Shown: positions 28,820-37,427 of the stretch, one piece after another
Layout of the letters: the number at the start of each line of letters is the position of its first letter
Position numbering within the stretch: position 1 is the first letter of the stretch
Notes under the pieces: generated by a model
What the model saw: only the letters and a program-made list of their open reading frames with translations
Told to the model about the DNA's origin: nothing
The model's database searches: none
Translations under genes and position numbers: made by a program
NCBI GenBank assembly: GCA_963831295.1
Contig: CAWHPR010000002.1
Coordinates: 236,881 to 300,880 of the forward strand
Direction of reading: 5' to 3'
DNA: 64,000 nucleotides
Origin: an uncultured Thermoleophilia bacterium
GTDB taxonomy: Bacteria > Actinomycetota > Thermoleophilia > UBA2241

Positions 28820-28830
28820 CTCGACGGCTG

Positions 28831-28866
28831 GGAGCGCCGGCCGGCGGAGGCACCGGCCGGCGCTCC
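28831..28866 (-). terminator. Perfect 14-bp GC hairpin between leuS and comEA (terminator or leader structure)
   Basis: GGAGCGCCGGCCGG - 8 nt loop - CCGGCCGGCGCTCC. It lies 125 nt after the leuS stop and 12 nt before the comEA ATG. No U tract. Confidence 0.35.
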
Positions 28867-28990
28867 GGTACCGTAGCGCGCGCGGCAGAGCGCCGTCAGC
28901 GCCCGCGAGACGCGTGCGGGATGACGCTGGCGCGCGCCCGCAGGTGACGATGGAGGGTGGTGAGGCGCCGCAGCGCCGGCCGAGCCTGGG

Positions 28991-31469
28991 TCAGCGCACG
29001 ACGAAGTTGACGAGCTTGCCCGGCACGTAGACCTCCTTGACGACCTCTTTGCCGTCGAGGAAGCGCGCCGTGTTGACCTGTGCGCGCGCCGTGGCCAGGA
29101 CCTCGTCGCGCTCGGCGTCGACCGACACCGAGAGCCTGTCCCGCAGCTTGCCGTTGACCTGGACGACCACGGTGACGACCTCGTCGGCGGCGAGCTCCTC
29201 GTCCCACGCCGGCCACGCGGCGTCGAGCGCCGATCCCGTCTCGCCGAGCCGCTCCCAGACCTCCTCGGCCAGATGCGGCGCCATGGGCGCGAGCAGCCGC
29301 GTCACGTCGAGGACGAGCGCGCGCCACTGCGCGAGCGTGAGCGCGCTGCGCGCGCCGCTCCAGACGTCGAGCGCCTCGTTCTGCAGCTCCATGAGCGCCG
29401 AGACGGCGGTGTTGAAGCGGAACGACTCGATGTCGCCGGTGACCTTGCGGATGGTCTTGTGCAGGGTGCGCAGCAGCGCGCGCCCCGTCTCGGCCTCGGC
29501 GTCGCCCGCGGCGACGCCGCTGCCCTCCGCCTCGATGACCTCGCCGGACAGGTTCCAGAACCGCCCGAGGAAGCGCAGGCAGCCCTGCACGCCGCGGTCG
29601 CTCCAGGCCACCGACTGCTCGAAAGGCGCGATGAAGAGCTCGTAGACCCTGAGGCTGTCGGCGCCGTAGCGCTCGATCACGCTGTCGGGCGTCACGACGT
29701 TGCCCTTGCTCTTGCTCATCTTCTGGCCGTCCTCGGCGAGGATCATGCCCTGGTTGCGCAGGGTCGCGTAGGGCTCGGTGAAGCCGACGTAGCCGGCATC
29801 GAAGAGGACCTTGCAGAAGAAGCGGGCGTAGAGCAGGTGCATGACGGCGTGCTCGGCGCCGCCGACGTAGAGGTCGACCGGCAGCCAGTAGTCGACCTTC
29901 TCGCGCTCGAAGGCCGCCTCGGCATACCGGGGGGAGGCGTAGCGCAGGTGGTACCAGGAGGAGCACACGAAGGTGTCCATCGTGTCGGTCTCGCGCCGCC
30001 CGGGGCCGCCACAACTCGGGCAGGCGGTCTCGACGAAGGCGGGATCCCGCGCCAGCGGCGACTGACCGTCGCCGGTCGGGTGGAAGTCCTCGAGCTCGGG
30101 GAGCAGGACCGGCAGCTCCTCGACAGGGACAGGGACGGTCCCGCAGCGCTCGCAATGGACGATCGGGATCGGCACGCCCCAGTAGCGCTGCCGGCTGATC
30201 AGCCAGTCGCGCAGCTTGTAGTTCACCTTGCGCCGGGCGAGACCCCGCTCGCCGAGCGAGTCCGCGATCGCGTCGAAGGCCTCGCCCGGCGCCGGGAGCC
30301 CGTCGAAGCGCCCGGAGTTCACCATGACGCCGTCGCCGGTGTAGGCCTCGGCCAGCGTCGCCCTGCGCGCCCGACAGCGGGGCGATGACCTCGACGATCG
30401 GCAGATCGAAGGCGGTCGCGAATTGGAAGTCGCGCTCGTCGTGCGCCGGCACCGCCATGATCGCGCCGGTGCCGTAGCCCATCAGGACGTAGTCGCTGAT
30501 CCAGACGGGGATCTCCTCCCCGTTGACGGGATTCAGCGCGAACGCCCCGAGGAAGACGCCGCTCTTCTCCTTCTCCGTGGAGAGGCGCTCGATCTCGCTC
30601 TGGCGGCGAGCCTGGTCCTTGTAGGCCTCGACGGCCGCGCGCTGCGCGGCCGTCGTGAGCTCGTCGACCAGCGGGTGCTCGGGGGCGAGGACCATGTAGG
30701 TGGCGCCGAACAGCGTGTCGGGGCGCGTCGTGAAGACGGTCAGCGGCGCGTCGCGACCGGGCAGCGCGAAGTCGACCTCGGCGCCCTCGCTGCGCCCGAT
30801 CCAGTTGGTCTGCATCAGCTTGATCTGCTCGGGCCAGTCGATGTCGGCGAGGTCGCCGAGCAGACGCTCGGCGTACCCCGTGATCCCGAAGTACCACTGC
30901 TCGAGGTCCTTCTTCGTGACCTCGCTCGCGCAGCGCCAGCAGCGGCCCTGCTCGACCTGCTCGTTCGCGAGGATCGTCTTGCAGCTCGGGCACCACCACT
31001 GCTGCCCGGTCCCCCGGTAGGCGAGGCCGCGCTCGTGCATGAGCAGGAAGAACCACTGCGTCCAGCGGTAGTACTCCGGGTCGATCGAGCTGATCTCGCG
31101 CGACCAGTCGAAGGAGAGCCCCATCATGTCCATCTGGCGGTGATAGGTCGCGATGTTGCGCTCGGTCGTGACTCTCGGGTGGACGCCCATCTTCAGAGCG
31201 TAGTTCTCGGCCGGCAGACCGAAGGCGTCCCACCCCATCGGATGCAGGACGTTGCGGCCGCGCATGCGGTAGAAGCGCGAGACCACGTCGGTCGGCACGT
31301 AGTTGCGGCAGTGCCCCACCGAGAGGCCGTCGCCGGAGGGATACGGGAAGAAGTCGAGACAGTAGAACTTGGGCCGGTCGGAGACGTCCTCGACGCGATG
31401 GGCGTCGCGCTCCAGCCAGCGGCGCTGCCACTTGGCCTCGATGGCGCTGGGGTCGTAGCGTCGGTCCAT
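28991..31469 (-). pseudogene. leuS: Leucyl-tRNA synthetase, split by an apparent 1-nt insertion
   Basis: From ATG 31469 (GGAGAGGA upstream) the N-terminal part is MDRRYDPSAIEAKWQRRW...FFPYPSGDGLSVGH...APLSGAQGDA. It continues in another frame as AEAYTGDGVMVNSGRFDGL...KMSKSKGN... (track ORF 28991..30325). The span is 2479 nt (3n+1). Confidence 0.88.
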
Positions 31470-31518
31470 CCGATCCTCTCCTGGGCCGCGCCGCAGCGCG
31501 GGGTCGTCGTCTCGGTCG

Positions 31519-31568
31519 GCGCGGACGGGCGGGGCGGCCCGCGAGCGGGCCGCCCCGCCCGTCCGCGC
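31519..31568 (-). terminator. Perfect 22-bp GC hairpin (terminator of the phosphoesterase operon and/or leuS leader element)
   Basis: GCGCGGACGGGCGGGGCGGCCC - GCGAGC - GGGCCGCCCCGCCCGTCCGCGC, with all 22 pairs Watson-Crick. It lies 56 nt after the stop at 31624 and 50 nt before the leuS ATG. A TATAAT hexamer (31593-31588, minus strand) lies upstream of it. Confidence 0.45.
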
Positions 31569-31623
31569 TCCACTCGACCGGTCTCTGATTATACGGGACG
31601 GCGGCCCTGCGGACGCGGCGGCC

Positions 31624-32532
31624 CTACGAACGCGGCACATCCTCCGCGCCGGAGGCGCCGCTCTGCGCCGCGATCGGCTCGACGGTCACGGTCGATCGGC
31701 CCCCCGGCGTGTACGCCAGCGTCGTCACCCGGCGGAGACGCGGCCGAGGGCCGCCCGCGAAATCGAGCAGCTGGGCCGTGTAGGCGACCGGCTCTCCCCG
31801 CCCCAGGGCGCCGTAGCCGGACGCGCCCGCCGTCCCGGCGTTGACGATCGTCACCGGGCCGCGCCGCTCGACGGCGGCGCGGTGGTCGTTCCCGCAGGCC
31901 ACGACGAGGGTCGGTCCGTCACTCCCCACCAGCGCGATGACGCCGGTCGCCTGCCGGAGGTCGTGGACTAGGAGGACGTCGGGATCGCCCAGCTCGGGCC
32001 AGCGCGCGGCCAGCTCGCTCGCCTGCGCGCGCAGCGCCGCCGAGTCGGACTCGGCGGACGGCGCGCGCGCCTGCGGGTCGCTCGCCCCGAAGACCCGCAG
32101 CCCCGCGCGCTCCACGACGCGCACCTCGACGAGCTCGAATCCCGCGTCCGCGAGGGCGTCGAGCGCGGGCGCGTCGTCGTGGTTGCCGCCGACGACGAGC
32201 ATGGGAACGCCGGTCGCGAGACCGGCACCCGGCAGGAGGCGCGCCAAGAGGCGCGCCTCCTGCCGGGTGCCGCCATCGGTCACGTCGCCGGCGATCAGCA
32301 CGAGATCCACCGGCACAAGGTCGCCGCGCGCCAGCCGCGCGGCGATCGCCATCCCGAACGCGTTGGTGTGGGTGTCGCTCAGCAGAAGGACCGTCAGGCC
32401 CTTAGGCTCAGGGTGAGCCTCAGTCTCAAACGCCGCGGCCACCACGGCCACACCGCGCGCGTACTCCTCGAAGCGCGCGAGGCGCGGACGCCTCCCCGTC
32501 ACGACGCGCAGCAGCGCGAGCAGCCGCGACAC
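31624..32532 (-). CDS. Metallophosphoesterase (calcineurin-like)
   Basis: LLLSDTHTN, LIAGDVTDGG and VVGGNHDD motifs. 302 aa. Confidence 0.85.
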   Translation of the reverse strand: MSRLLALLRVVTGRRPRLARFEEYARGVAVVAAAFETEAHPEPKGLTVLLLSDTHTNAFGMAIAARLARGDLVPVDLVLIAGDVTDGGTRQEARLLARLLPGAGLATGVPMLVVGGNHDDAPALDALADAGFELVEVRVVERAGLRVFGASDPQARAPSAESDSAALRAQASELAARWPELGDPDVLLVHDLRQATGVIALVGSDGPTLVVACGNDHRAAVERRGPVTIVNAGTAGASGYGALGRGEPVAYTAQLLDFAGGPRPRLRRVTTLAYTPGGRSTVTVEPIAAQSGASGAEDVPRS

Positions 32533-32538
32533 GGCGAG

Positions 32539-34026
32539 CTACTCCGCGACCGGCTGGTAGTCGATGCGCGAACGCCCGTTCGTCGAGTAGGTGACCGACG
32601 TCACCGCGACGAGACGACCCTGCGCCTCGAGCGAGAAGTCGAGGAGCTGGAAGGAATAGGGGATCTCCTCGCCCCGGCCCAATGCCCCGTAGCCGGAGGC
32701 GCCGGCCGTGCCCGGGTCGACGAGGACCACGGAACCGCGGCGATCGACGGCCAGCACATGATCGTGGCCAAAGGCCACGACGAGCGGCTGGCCCGCTTCT
32801 TCGGCCAGACGGATCGCCTCTTCGGCCTGCCGGGCGTCGTGCACGAGCAGCACGTCCGGCGGGTCCAGGCCGGGCCAGGCGACGGCGAGCCGCTCGGCCT
32901 GCTGTCGCAGAAGCTCCTCGTCGGAGTCGACGAGCGGCGAGAAGGCGACCGGATCGCAGACCCCGTAGACCTCCAGGCCGGCCACACTCGCGGACTCCCA
33001 GTCGAGCACCTCGATCTCGAACTCGGCGAAAACCGCCATGGCCGGGCGGTCCTCGTGATTGCCGCCGACCATCACCACCGGAGCGCCGGCCGAGGTGAAC
33101 AGCCGCACGAAGAGCTCGGCCTCCTCGCGCGTGCCGCTGTCGGTCACGTCTCCCGCGACCAGGACGAGGTCGACGGGCTGGTCGCTACCCTGCGCCAGAC
33201 GCGAGCCGTACCGCATCCCGTAGATGTTCGAGTGCACGTCGCTGAAGAGCAGCACGCGGCGCACGTCGTCCGGCGCAGCCGTACCTTCGACCTCACGTTG
33301 AAGGTTCAACGCCACGAGTTGCAGGCCCTCGACGTACTCGGGCAGCCGGTCGAGTCGCCCGGCCTCTTGCGTCTCGAGCCCGCGCAGGAGCGGCAGCAGC
33401 CGCGGCACGTTGCTGGCCAGACCGGCATACTGGACCTCGGGTGTGCGATCGACGGTCGCGAGCGTGACCAGCGCGAAGGCGCCGCCCAGCGCGAGCGCCC
33501 CCACGGCGCCGAACCCGGCCGCGAGCAGCACCGTCTCACGGCGACGCGGGCCGACGGCCAGCAGGCCCACCCCGGCACCCAAGCCGAGCAGCCACAGCCC
33601 CTTGCCGAACGCGAAGCGCCGGAAGGCGACGCGCACCGTCGTCTGGAACTCGGGTAAGCCGCGCAACAGCTGCTCGGCCTCGGTCAGACTGGGGACCTCG
33701 TCGGGCAAGCGGTAGTCCACCGACACGTCCACGGGCGTACGGTGCGAGTGGAGGGCGAGCACGCCGGCCGGGCCCAGGGGCATCACGATATGGCCACCGG
33801 GGAAGGCCGGCCTGATCTCGAAGGTCACGCTCCCGCGCGGCACGCGGTAGGTGCCGGGAGCCAGCAGGGCGACGAGGGCCACGGCGGTCACCAGCAGCGC
33901 CACGAGCCGCAGCGCGACGTACGGCAGACCCGCGCGCCGCGAGGGCCGCCGGTCGTGTGCGCCGTGGTCGGTGGTGGCGATCGCGAGACCTCCCTGATCG
34001 GCGACATGCTCCGGGCCTGGGGCCAT
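32539..34026 (-). CDS. Membrane-anchored metallophosphoesterase (paralog of 31624..32532)
   Basis: N-terminal TM helices (LPYVALRLVALLVTAVALVALL; LWLLGLGAGVGLLAV; LLAAGFGAVGALALGGAFALV), then LLFSDVHSN, LVAGDVTDSG and MVGGNHED. Both copies share the C-terminal block GTAGASGYGALGRGE...QLLDF. Confidence 0.85.
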   Translation of the reverse strand: MAPGPEHVADQGGLAIATTDHGAHDRRPSRRAGLPYVALRLVALLVTAVALVALLAPGTYRVPRGSVTFEIRPAFPGGHIVMPLGPAGVLALHSHRTPVDVSVDYRLPDEVPSLTEAEQLLRGLPEFQTTVRVAFRRFAFGKGLWLLGLGAGVGLLAVGPRRRETVLLAAGFGAVGALALGGAFALVTLATVDRTPEVQYAGLASNVPRLLPLLRGLETQEAGRLDRLPEYVEGLQLVALNLQREVEGTAAPDDVRRVLLFSDVHSNIYGMRYGSRLAQGSDQPVDLVLVAGDVTDSGTREEAELFVRLFTSAGAPVVMVGGNHEDRPAMAVFAEFEIEVLDWESASVAGLEVYGVCDPVAFSPLVDSDEELLRQQAERLAVAWPGLDPPDVLLVHDARQAEEAIRLAEEAGQPLVVAFGHDHVLAVDRRGSVVLVDPGTAGASGYGALGRGEEIPYSFQLLDFSLEAQGRLVAVTSVTYSTNGRSRIDYQPVAE

Positions 34027-34108
34027 TGTGCCCGCTCAGGCGTGTGGCCGCATGCCGCGGGGTCATGCTATACTCTCACGCCCGCGGGCACCGCCCGCGG
34101 CCCCCGGT

Positions 34109-34184
34109 GGGGGTATAGCTCAGCTGGGAGAGCGTTTGGCTGGCAGCCAAAAGGTCAGGGGTTCGAGCCCCCTTACCTCCACCA
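34109..34184 (+). tRNA. tRNA-Ala (anticodon GGC), CCA encoded
   Basis: GGGGGTATAGCTCAGCTGGGAGAGCGTTTGGCTGGCAGCCAAAAGGTCAGGGGTTCGAGCCCCCTTACCTCCACCA. It has the G3:U70 identity pair, anticodon loop CTGGCAG and a GGTTCGAGCC T arm. Confidence 0.95.
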
Positions 34185-34213
34185 TCCCGATCTCGTCATC
34201 CCCGTCCGGCCGT

Positions 34214-35731
34214 GTGCCCACCTCCCCCCTCCTCGTCCTCGTGTTCCTCGCGGGCATCGGGTCGATGGCGACCGAGATGAGCGCCTCCCGCCTCCTGGCT
34301 CCGTACTACGGCTCGTCGACCGCCGTCTGGGCCGTCATCATCGCTCTGATCCTCGGCTCCCTGTCGATCGGGTACTGGCTGGGCGGCCGCCTCGCCGAGC
34401 GGCGCCCCGACGTCCGCCTCCTCTGCAGCCTCGTCTTCGGGGCGGCGGCGCTCGTCGCCCTCATCCCCTTCGTGGCGCGGCCACTCCTCGAGCTCTCCGT
34501 CGAGGGCATCGCCACCGTGTCGGTCGGCGCCGTCGTCGGTTCCTTCCTGGCATCGGTCGCCCTCTTCGCCCCGCCCGTCGTTCTGCTCGGCGCCGTCACC
34601 CCGTTCGCCGTGCGCCTGACCGTGACCGGCGCCGCCGGGGCGGGCGCCCTCGCCGGACGCATCTTCGCGCTGTCCACGCTGGGCAGCATCCTCGGCACCG
34701 TGGTGCCGGCGTTGATCACCATCCCGCTGGTCGGCACGCAACGCACGCTGCTCGGGGCGGCGACCGTGCTCGCGCTGGCCGCCGCCGCCCCCCTCGGCGC
34801 CCGCTGGATCCTGCCCGGCGTGGCGCTGACCGCGTTGCTCCTGGTGCCGCCGGGGGCGATCAAGCCCCGGCCGGGACTGATCTACGAAGCCGAATCGCGC
34901 TACCAGTTCATCCAGGTCGTCGAGCGCGGTCCGGAGCGGCTGCTCTATCTGAACGAGGGTCAGGCGGTGCACTCGGTCTGGCGCGCCGACACGGTCCTCA
35001 CGGGCGGTGAGTGGGACATGTTCCTGACGGCGCCGGCGCTGCTCGACCGTCCCCCGCGGCGGGCGGTCATGCTCGGCAACGCGGGCGGCACGACCGGCCG
35101 CGCGTTCGGTCGCTTCTACCCCTCCACGGAGTACGACGGCGTCGAGATCGACCCCAAGGTCAACGAGGTCGCCGCAAGCTTCTTCGGGCTCGCCGACAAC
35201 CCGCGGCACACGACGCACACGGCCGATGCGCGGCCCTTCCTGGAGCAGAGCGACGAGCGCTACGACCTGATCTTCGTCGACGCCTACCGGCAGCCCTACG
35301 TGCCCTTCTACCTCGCCACCCGTGAGTTCTTCGCGCTCGCCCGTCGGCGACTCGCGCCGGGCGGCGTCATCGCGCTCAACATCACGACGCTCCCCGGTGA
35401 CGACAGGCTGGCGCGCGCCGTCGCGGGCACGCTCGCCTGGGAATTCCCGCAGGTCGTGACCTGGCAGGCGCTGCGCTACAACCAGTTCGTCGTCGGCCTG
35501 GACCAGCCCCTGCCGACCGACGAGCTGCGCCGCCGGCTGCATGCCGCCGCGCCTGCGCTCCTCCCGCTGGCCGACCTCTTCGCGCGCGACCTGAAGACGG
35601 CGTCGCGCGCCGGGCGGCCCTGGACGGACGACCGCGCCCCCGTGGAGTGGATCACGGACCGGATGATCGCCGCCTACGCCCTGCGCGGGGCCGACGAGGA
35701 CGAGCAGCCCCTCCCCACCCGGCCGCTCTGA
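34214..35731 (+). CDS. Membrane-bound spermidine-synthase-like (polyamine aminopropyltransferase fold) protein
   Basis: The track ORF (34028..) reads through the tRNA, and the first canonical start after it is GTG 34214. The N-terminal region of about 200 aa is polytopic (LLVLVFLAGIGSMATEMSASRLLAPYYG...). The C-terminal domain is YQFIQVVE...MLGNAGGTTGRAF...GVEIDPKV...YDLIFVDAY...LAPGGVIALN. Confidence 0.8.
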   Translation: MPTSPLLVLVFLAGIGSMATEMSASRLLAPYYGSSTAVWAVIIALILGSLSIGYWLGGRLAERRPDVRLLCSLVFGAAALVALIPFVARPLLELSVEGIATVSVGAVVGSFLASVALFAPPVVLLGAVTPFAVRLTVTGAAGAGALAGRIFALSTLGSILGTVVPALITIPLVGTQRTLLGAATVLALAAAAPLGARWILPGVALTALLLVPPGAIKPRPGLIYEAESRYQFIQVVERGPERLLYLNEGQAVHSVWRADTVLTGGEWDMFLTAPALLDRPPRRAVMLGNAGGTTGRAFGRFYPSTEYDGVEIDPKVNEVAASFFGLADNPRHTTHTADARPFLEQSDERYDLIFVDAYRQPYVPFYLATREFFALARRRLAPGGVIALNITTLPGDDRLARAVAGTLAWEFPQVVTWQALRYNQFVVGLDQPLPTDELRRRLHAAAPALLPLADLFARDLKTASRAGRPWTDDRAPVEWITDRMIAAYALRGADEDEQPLPTRPL

Positions 35732-35770
35732 CACCGGCCGCGCCGGCCGGCCGGCCGCGCCGGTGTTTAG
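35732..35770 (+). terminator. Terminator-like GC hairpin followed by TTTAG
   Basis: It starts immediately after TGA 35729-35731. CACCGGC...GCCGGTG is a 7-bp outer stem, with an inner GCCGG/CCGGC stem, followed by TTTAGC. Confidence 0.4.
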
Positions 35771-35855
35771 CACACCACCGGCGAGGAAACGATTGACGCA
35801 CCAGGACTCTGAGGCCACTGGCCCCGGAGACGCTCGTATTCGTCGGGAGGCGTGC

Positions 35856-36215
35856 ATGGAGGAACGGCCCCAGTTCCAGGTCGAGCTCGAGAAGGCCGAC
35901 AACGAAGTCGGCATCGTCGTACTGAGGGGCGAGGTCGACATCTACTCGGCGCCGCAGTTCAAGGAGGCCCTCGTCAACGGCATCGAGGAGGGCGCCCGCC
36001 GCATCATCGTTGACCTCAGCGAGGTCACCTTCATCGACTCGACCGCCCTCGGCGTGCTCGTCAGCGGCGCCAAGCGCGTCCGGCCACGCAACGGCAACCT
36101 CGACATCGTGTGCAAGGACGAGAACATCATCCGGATCTTCGAGATCACGGGGCTCAACCGGATCTTCGGTATCTACCCGTCGCGGGCCGCGGCACTGAAG
36201 ACCGTCCTGCCCTGA
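35856..36215 (+). CDS. STAS-domain anti-sigma-factor antagonist (SpoIIAA/RsbV-like)
   Basis: ATG 35856 with GGGAGG 5 nt upstream. The product is MEERPQFQVELEKADNEVGIVVLRGEVDIYSAPQFKEAL...IIVDLSEVTFIDSTALGVLVSGAKR...IFEITGL. Confidence 0.85.
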   Translation: MEERPQFQVELEKADNEVGIVVLRGEVDIYSAPQFKEALVNGIEEGARRIIVDLSEVTFIDSTALGVLVSGAKRVRPRNGNLDIVCKDENIIRIFEITGLNRIFGIYPSRAAALKTVLP

Positions 36216-36271
36216 GCGAAGGCGGCAGCTCGCCGACGACGACACGGTCACCCATCGGGGGGAGGAGCACG

Positions 36272-36661
36272 ATGGAATTCCGGTCATCCAACGCGTTTCA
36301 TGGGCGCAGGATCCTGAGCGCCACCGACGATCAGTCGCGGGCGCGTACGTACGGGACCGGACGCGTGTGCGCCATACCCGACTGCGGCACGCTCCTCTCG
36401 GCCTACAACCCCTCGGAGGTCTGCGCGCTGCACGGCGGCGCCTGGCACGACGAGGAGCAGCTGGGCGTACGCAAGGCGGCACGGCGGGAGGAGCTCAGCC
36501 GGCGCTGCGCCTTCGAGGCCTGCAGCCGCGAGTTCACGACCACCAACCCCGCGAAGAAGTACTGCGGCGACGCCTGCCGCATGCGCGCCTTCCAGGCCCG
36601 CGTCACGGCCGCCAAGAGGATGAGCCAAGTGGCGGCCGCCCAAGAGCGACGCGCGAGCTGA
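36272..36661 (+). CDS. Hypothetical protein with two zinc-ribbon-like Cys modules
   Basis: ATG 36272 after GGGGGGAGGAG. The 129-aa product carries CAIPDC-x12-CALH and CAFEAC-x13-CGDAC, followed by RMRAFQAR (a YC..CR..A...R type tail). No family recognised. Confidence 0.6.
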   Translation: MEFRSSNAFHGRRILSATDDQSRARTYGTGRVCAIPDCGTLLSAYNPSEVCALHGGAWHDEEQLGVRKAARREELSRRCAFEACSREFTTTNPAKKYCGDACRMRAFQARVTAAKRMSQVAAAQERRAS

Positions 36662-36698
36662 CGATCGGCGCGGCGCAGCCGCCGCCACCTGCCTCGCG

Positions 36699-37154
36699 TC
36701 AGACGCGGAAGGCGCGGGTGGCCGAGAACCTCGGCGGGATCACCGGCAGACGGCCGCGCAGAAGGACTTCGACTCCCTCTTCCACCGAGTCGTAGACCGG
36801 GACGACGTTCGGCAGCCCGACGGCGCCCAGCACCTTGCGCACGTGCCCGCGCGGCCGCGTCACGAGCAACTCCTTGCCGTTCTCGTGGAGGCGCGTCACC
36901 AGCGGCACCAGATAGCCGACGAAGGACGAGTCGATGAAGCGCACACCCTCGAGATCGAGGATCAGATGGCCGCCGTGGTAGAACGGGCCCAGGCGGCGGC
37001 GCAGAAAGCGGTCGATCTCGGGGACCGTGTCGAGATCGAACTCGCCGGCCAGGTACACGACCGGCAACTCCTCGCCCGTGGTCGTCCGGCGCAGCGACAG
37101 GTGGAGCGTGGCGGATCCTGCGCCGCGCGAGGAGACAGGCAACGAAACCTCCAC
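36699..37154 (-). CDS. STAS-domain anti-sigma-factor antagonist, second copy
   Basis: 151 aa. ELPVVYLAGEFDLDTVPEIDRFL...HLILDLEGVRFIDSSFVGYLV...VRKVLGAVGL. Confidence 0.8.
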   Translation of the reverse strand: MEVSLPVSSRGAGSATLHLSLRRTTTGEELPVVYLAGEFDLDTVPEIDRFLRRRLGPFYHGGHLILDLEGVRFIDSSFVGYLVPLVTRLHENGKELLVTRPRGHVRKVLGAVGLPNVVPVYDSVEEGVEVLLRGRLPVIPPRFSATRAFRV

Positions 37155-37427
37155 GTGACCTCCCTAGGCAAGAACGAACGGTTGTGCCGGCTGTGACAGC
37201 GCAACCGCGACGGCGCGCCGACCCCAGAAGCCTTGCCGGCACACTACGCAACCAGCGAGGGGCTGTAAAGGCGTGAAACGGCCGTTCGGGGGGTTTCTGA
37301 CTGACCCTCTACGCGACCCTCAACGAGACTCATGCTCCCGTCGAGTCCTCTCGGAGAGGCTTGAGGGCTGGGCTCGCCGCAGTGCGGGTCGACACGTCGC
37401 GCAGACCGGGCTCGCAAGACCCCGGGG

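Noticed and set aside
31470-31623. T-box leader upstream of leuS
   Set aside because: No T-box consensus (…GGUGGUACCGCG…-like) or specifier-loop architecture was recognisable. The spacer is dominated by a single 22-bp perfect hairpin.
37155-37427. An ncRNA or the 84-aa ORF 37273..37527 in the 273-nt spacer between the STAS gene and secF
   Set aside because: The ORF overlaps the secF 3-prime end and has Arg/Ser-rich composition. Only short hairpins (GAACGGCCGTTC; a 9-bp stem with a 45-nt loop) are present, with no resemblance to any RNA family I know.
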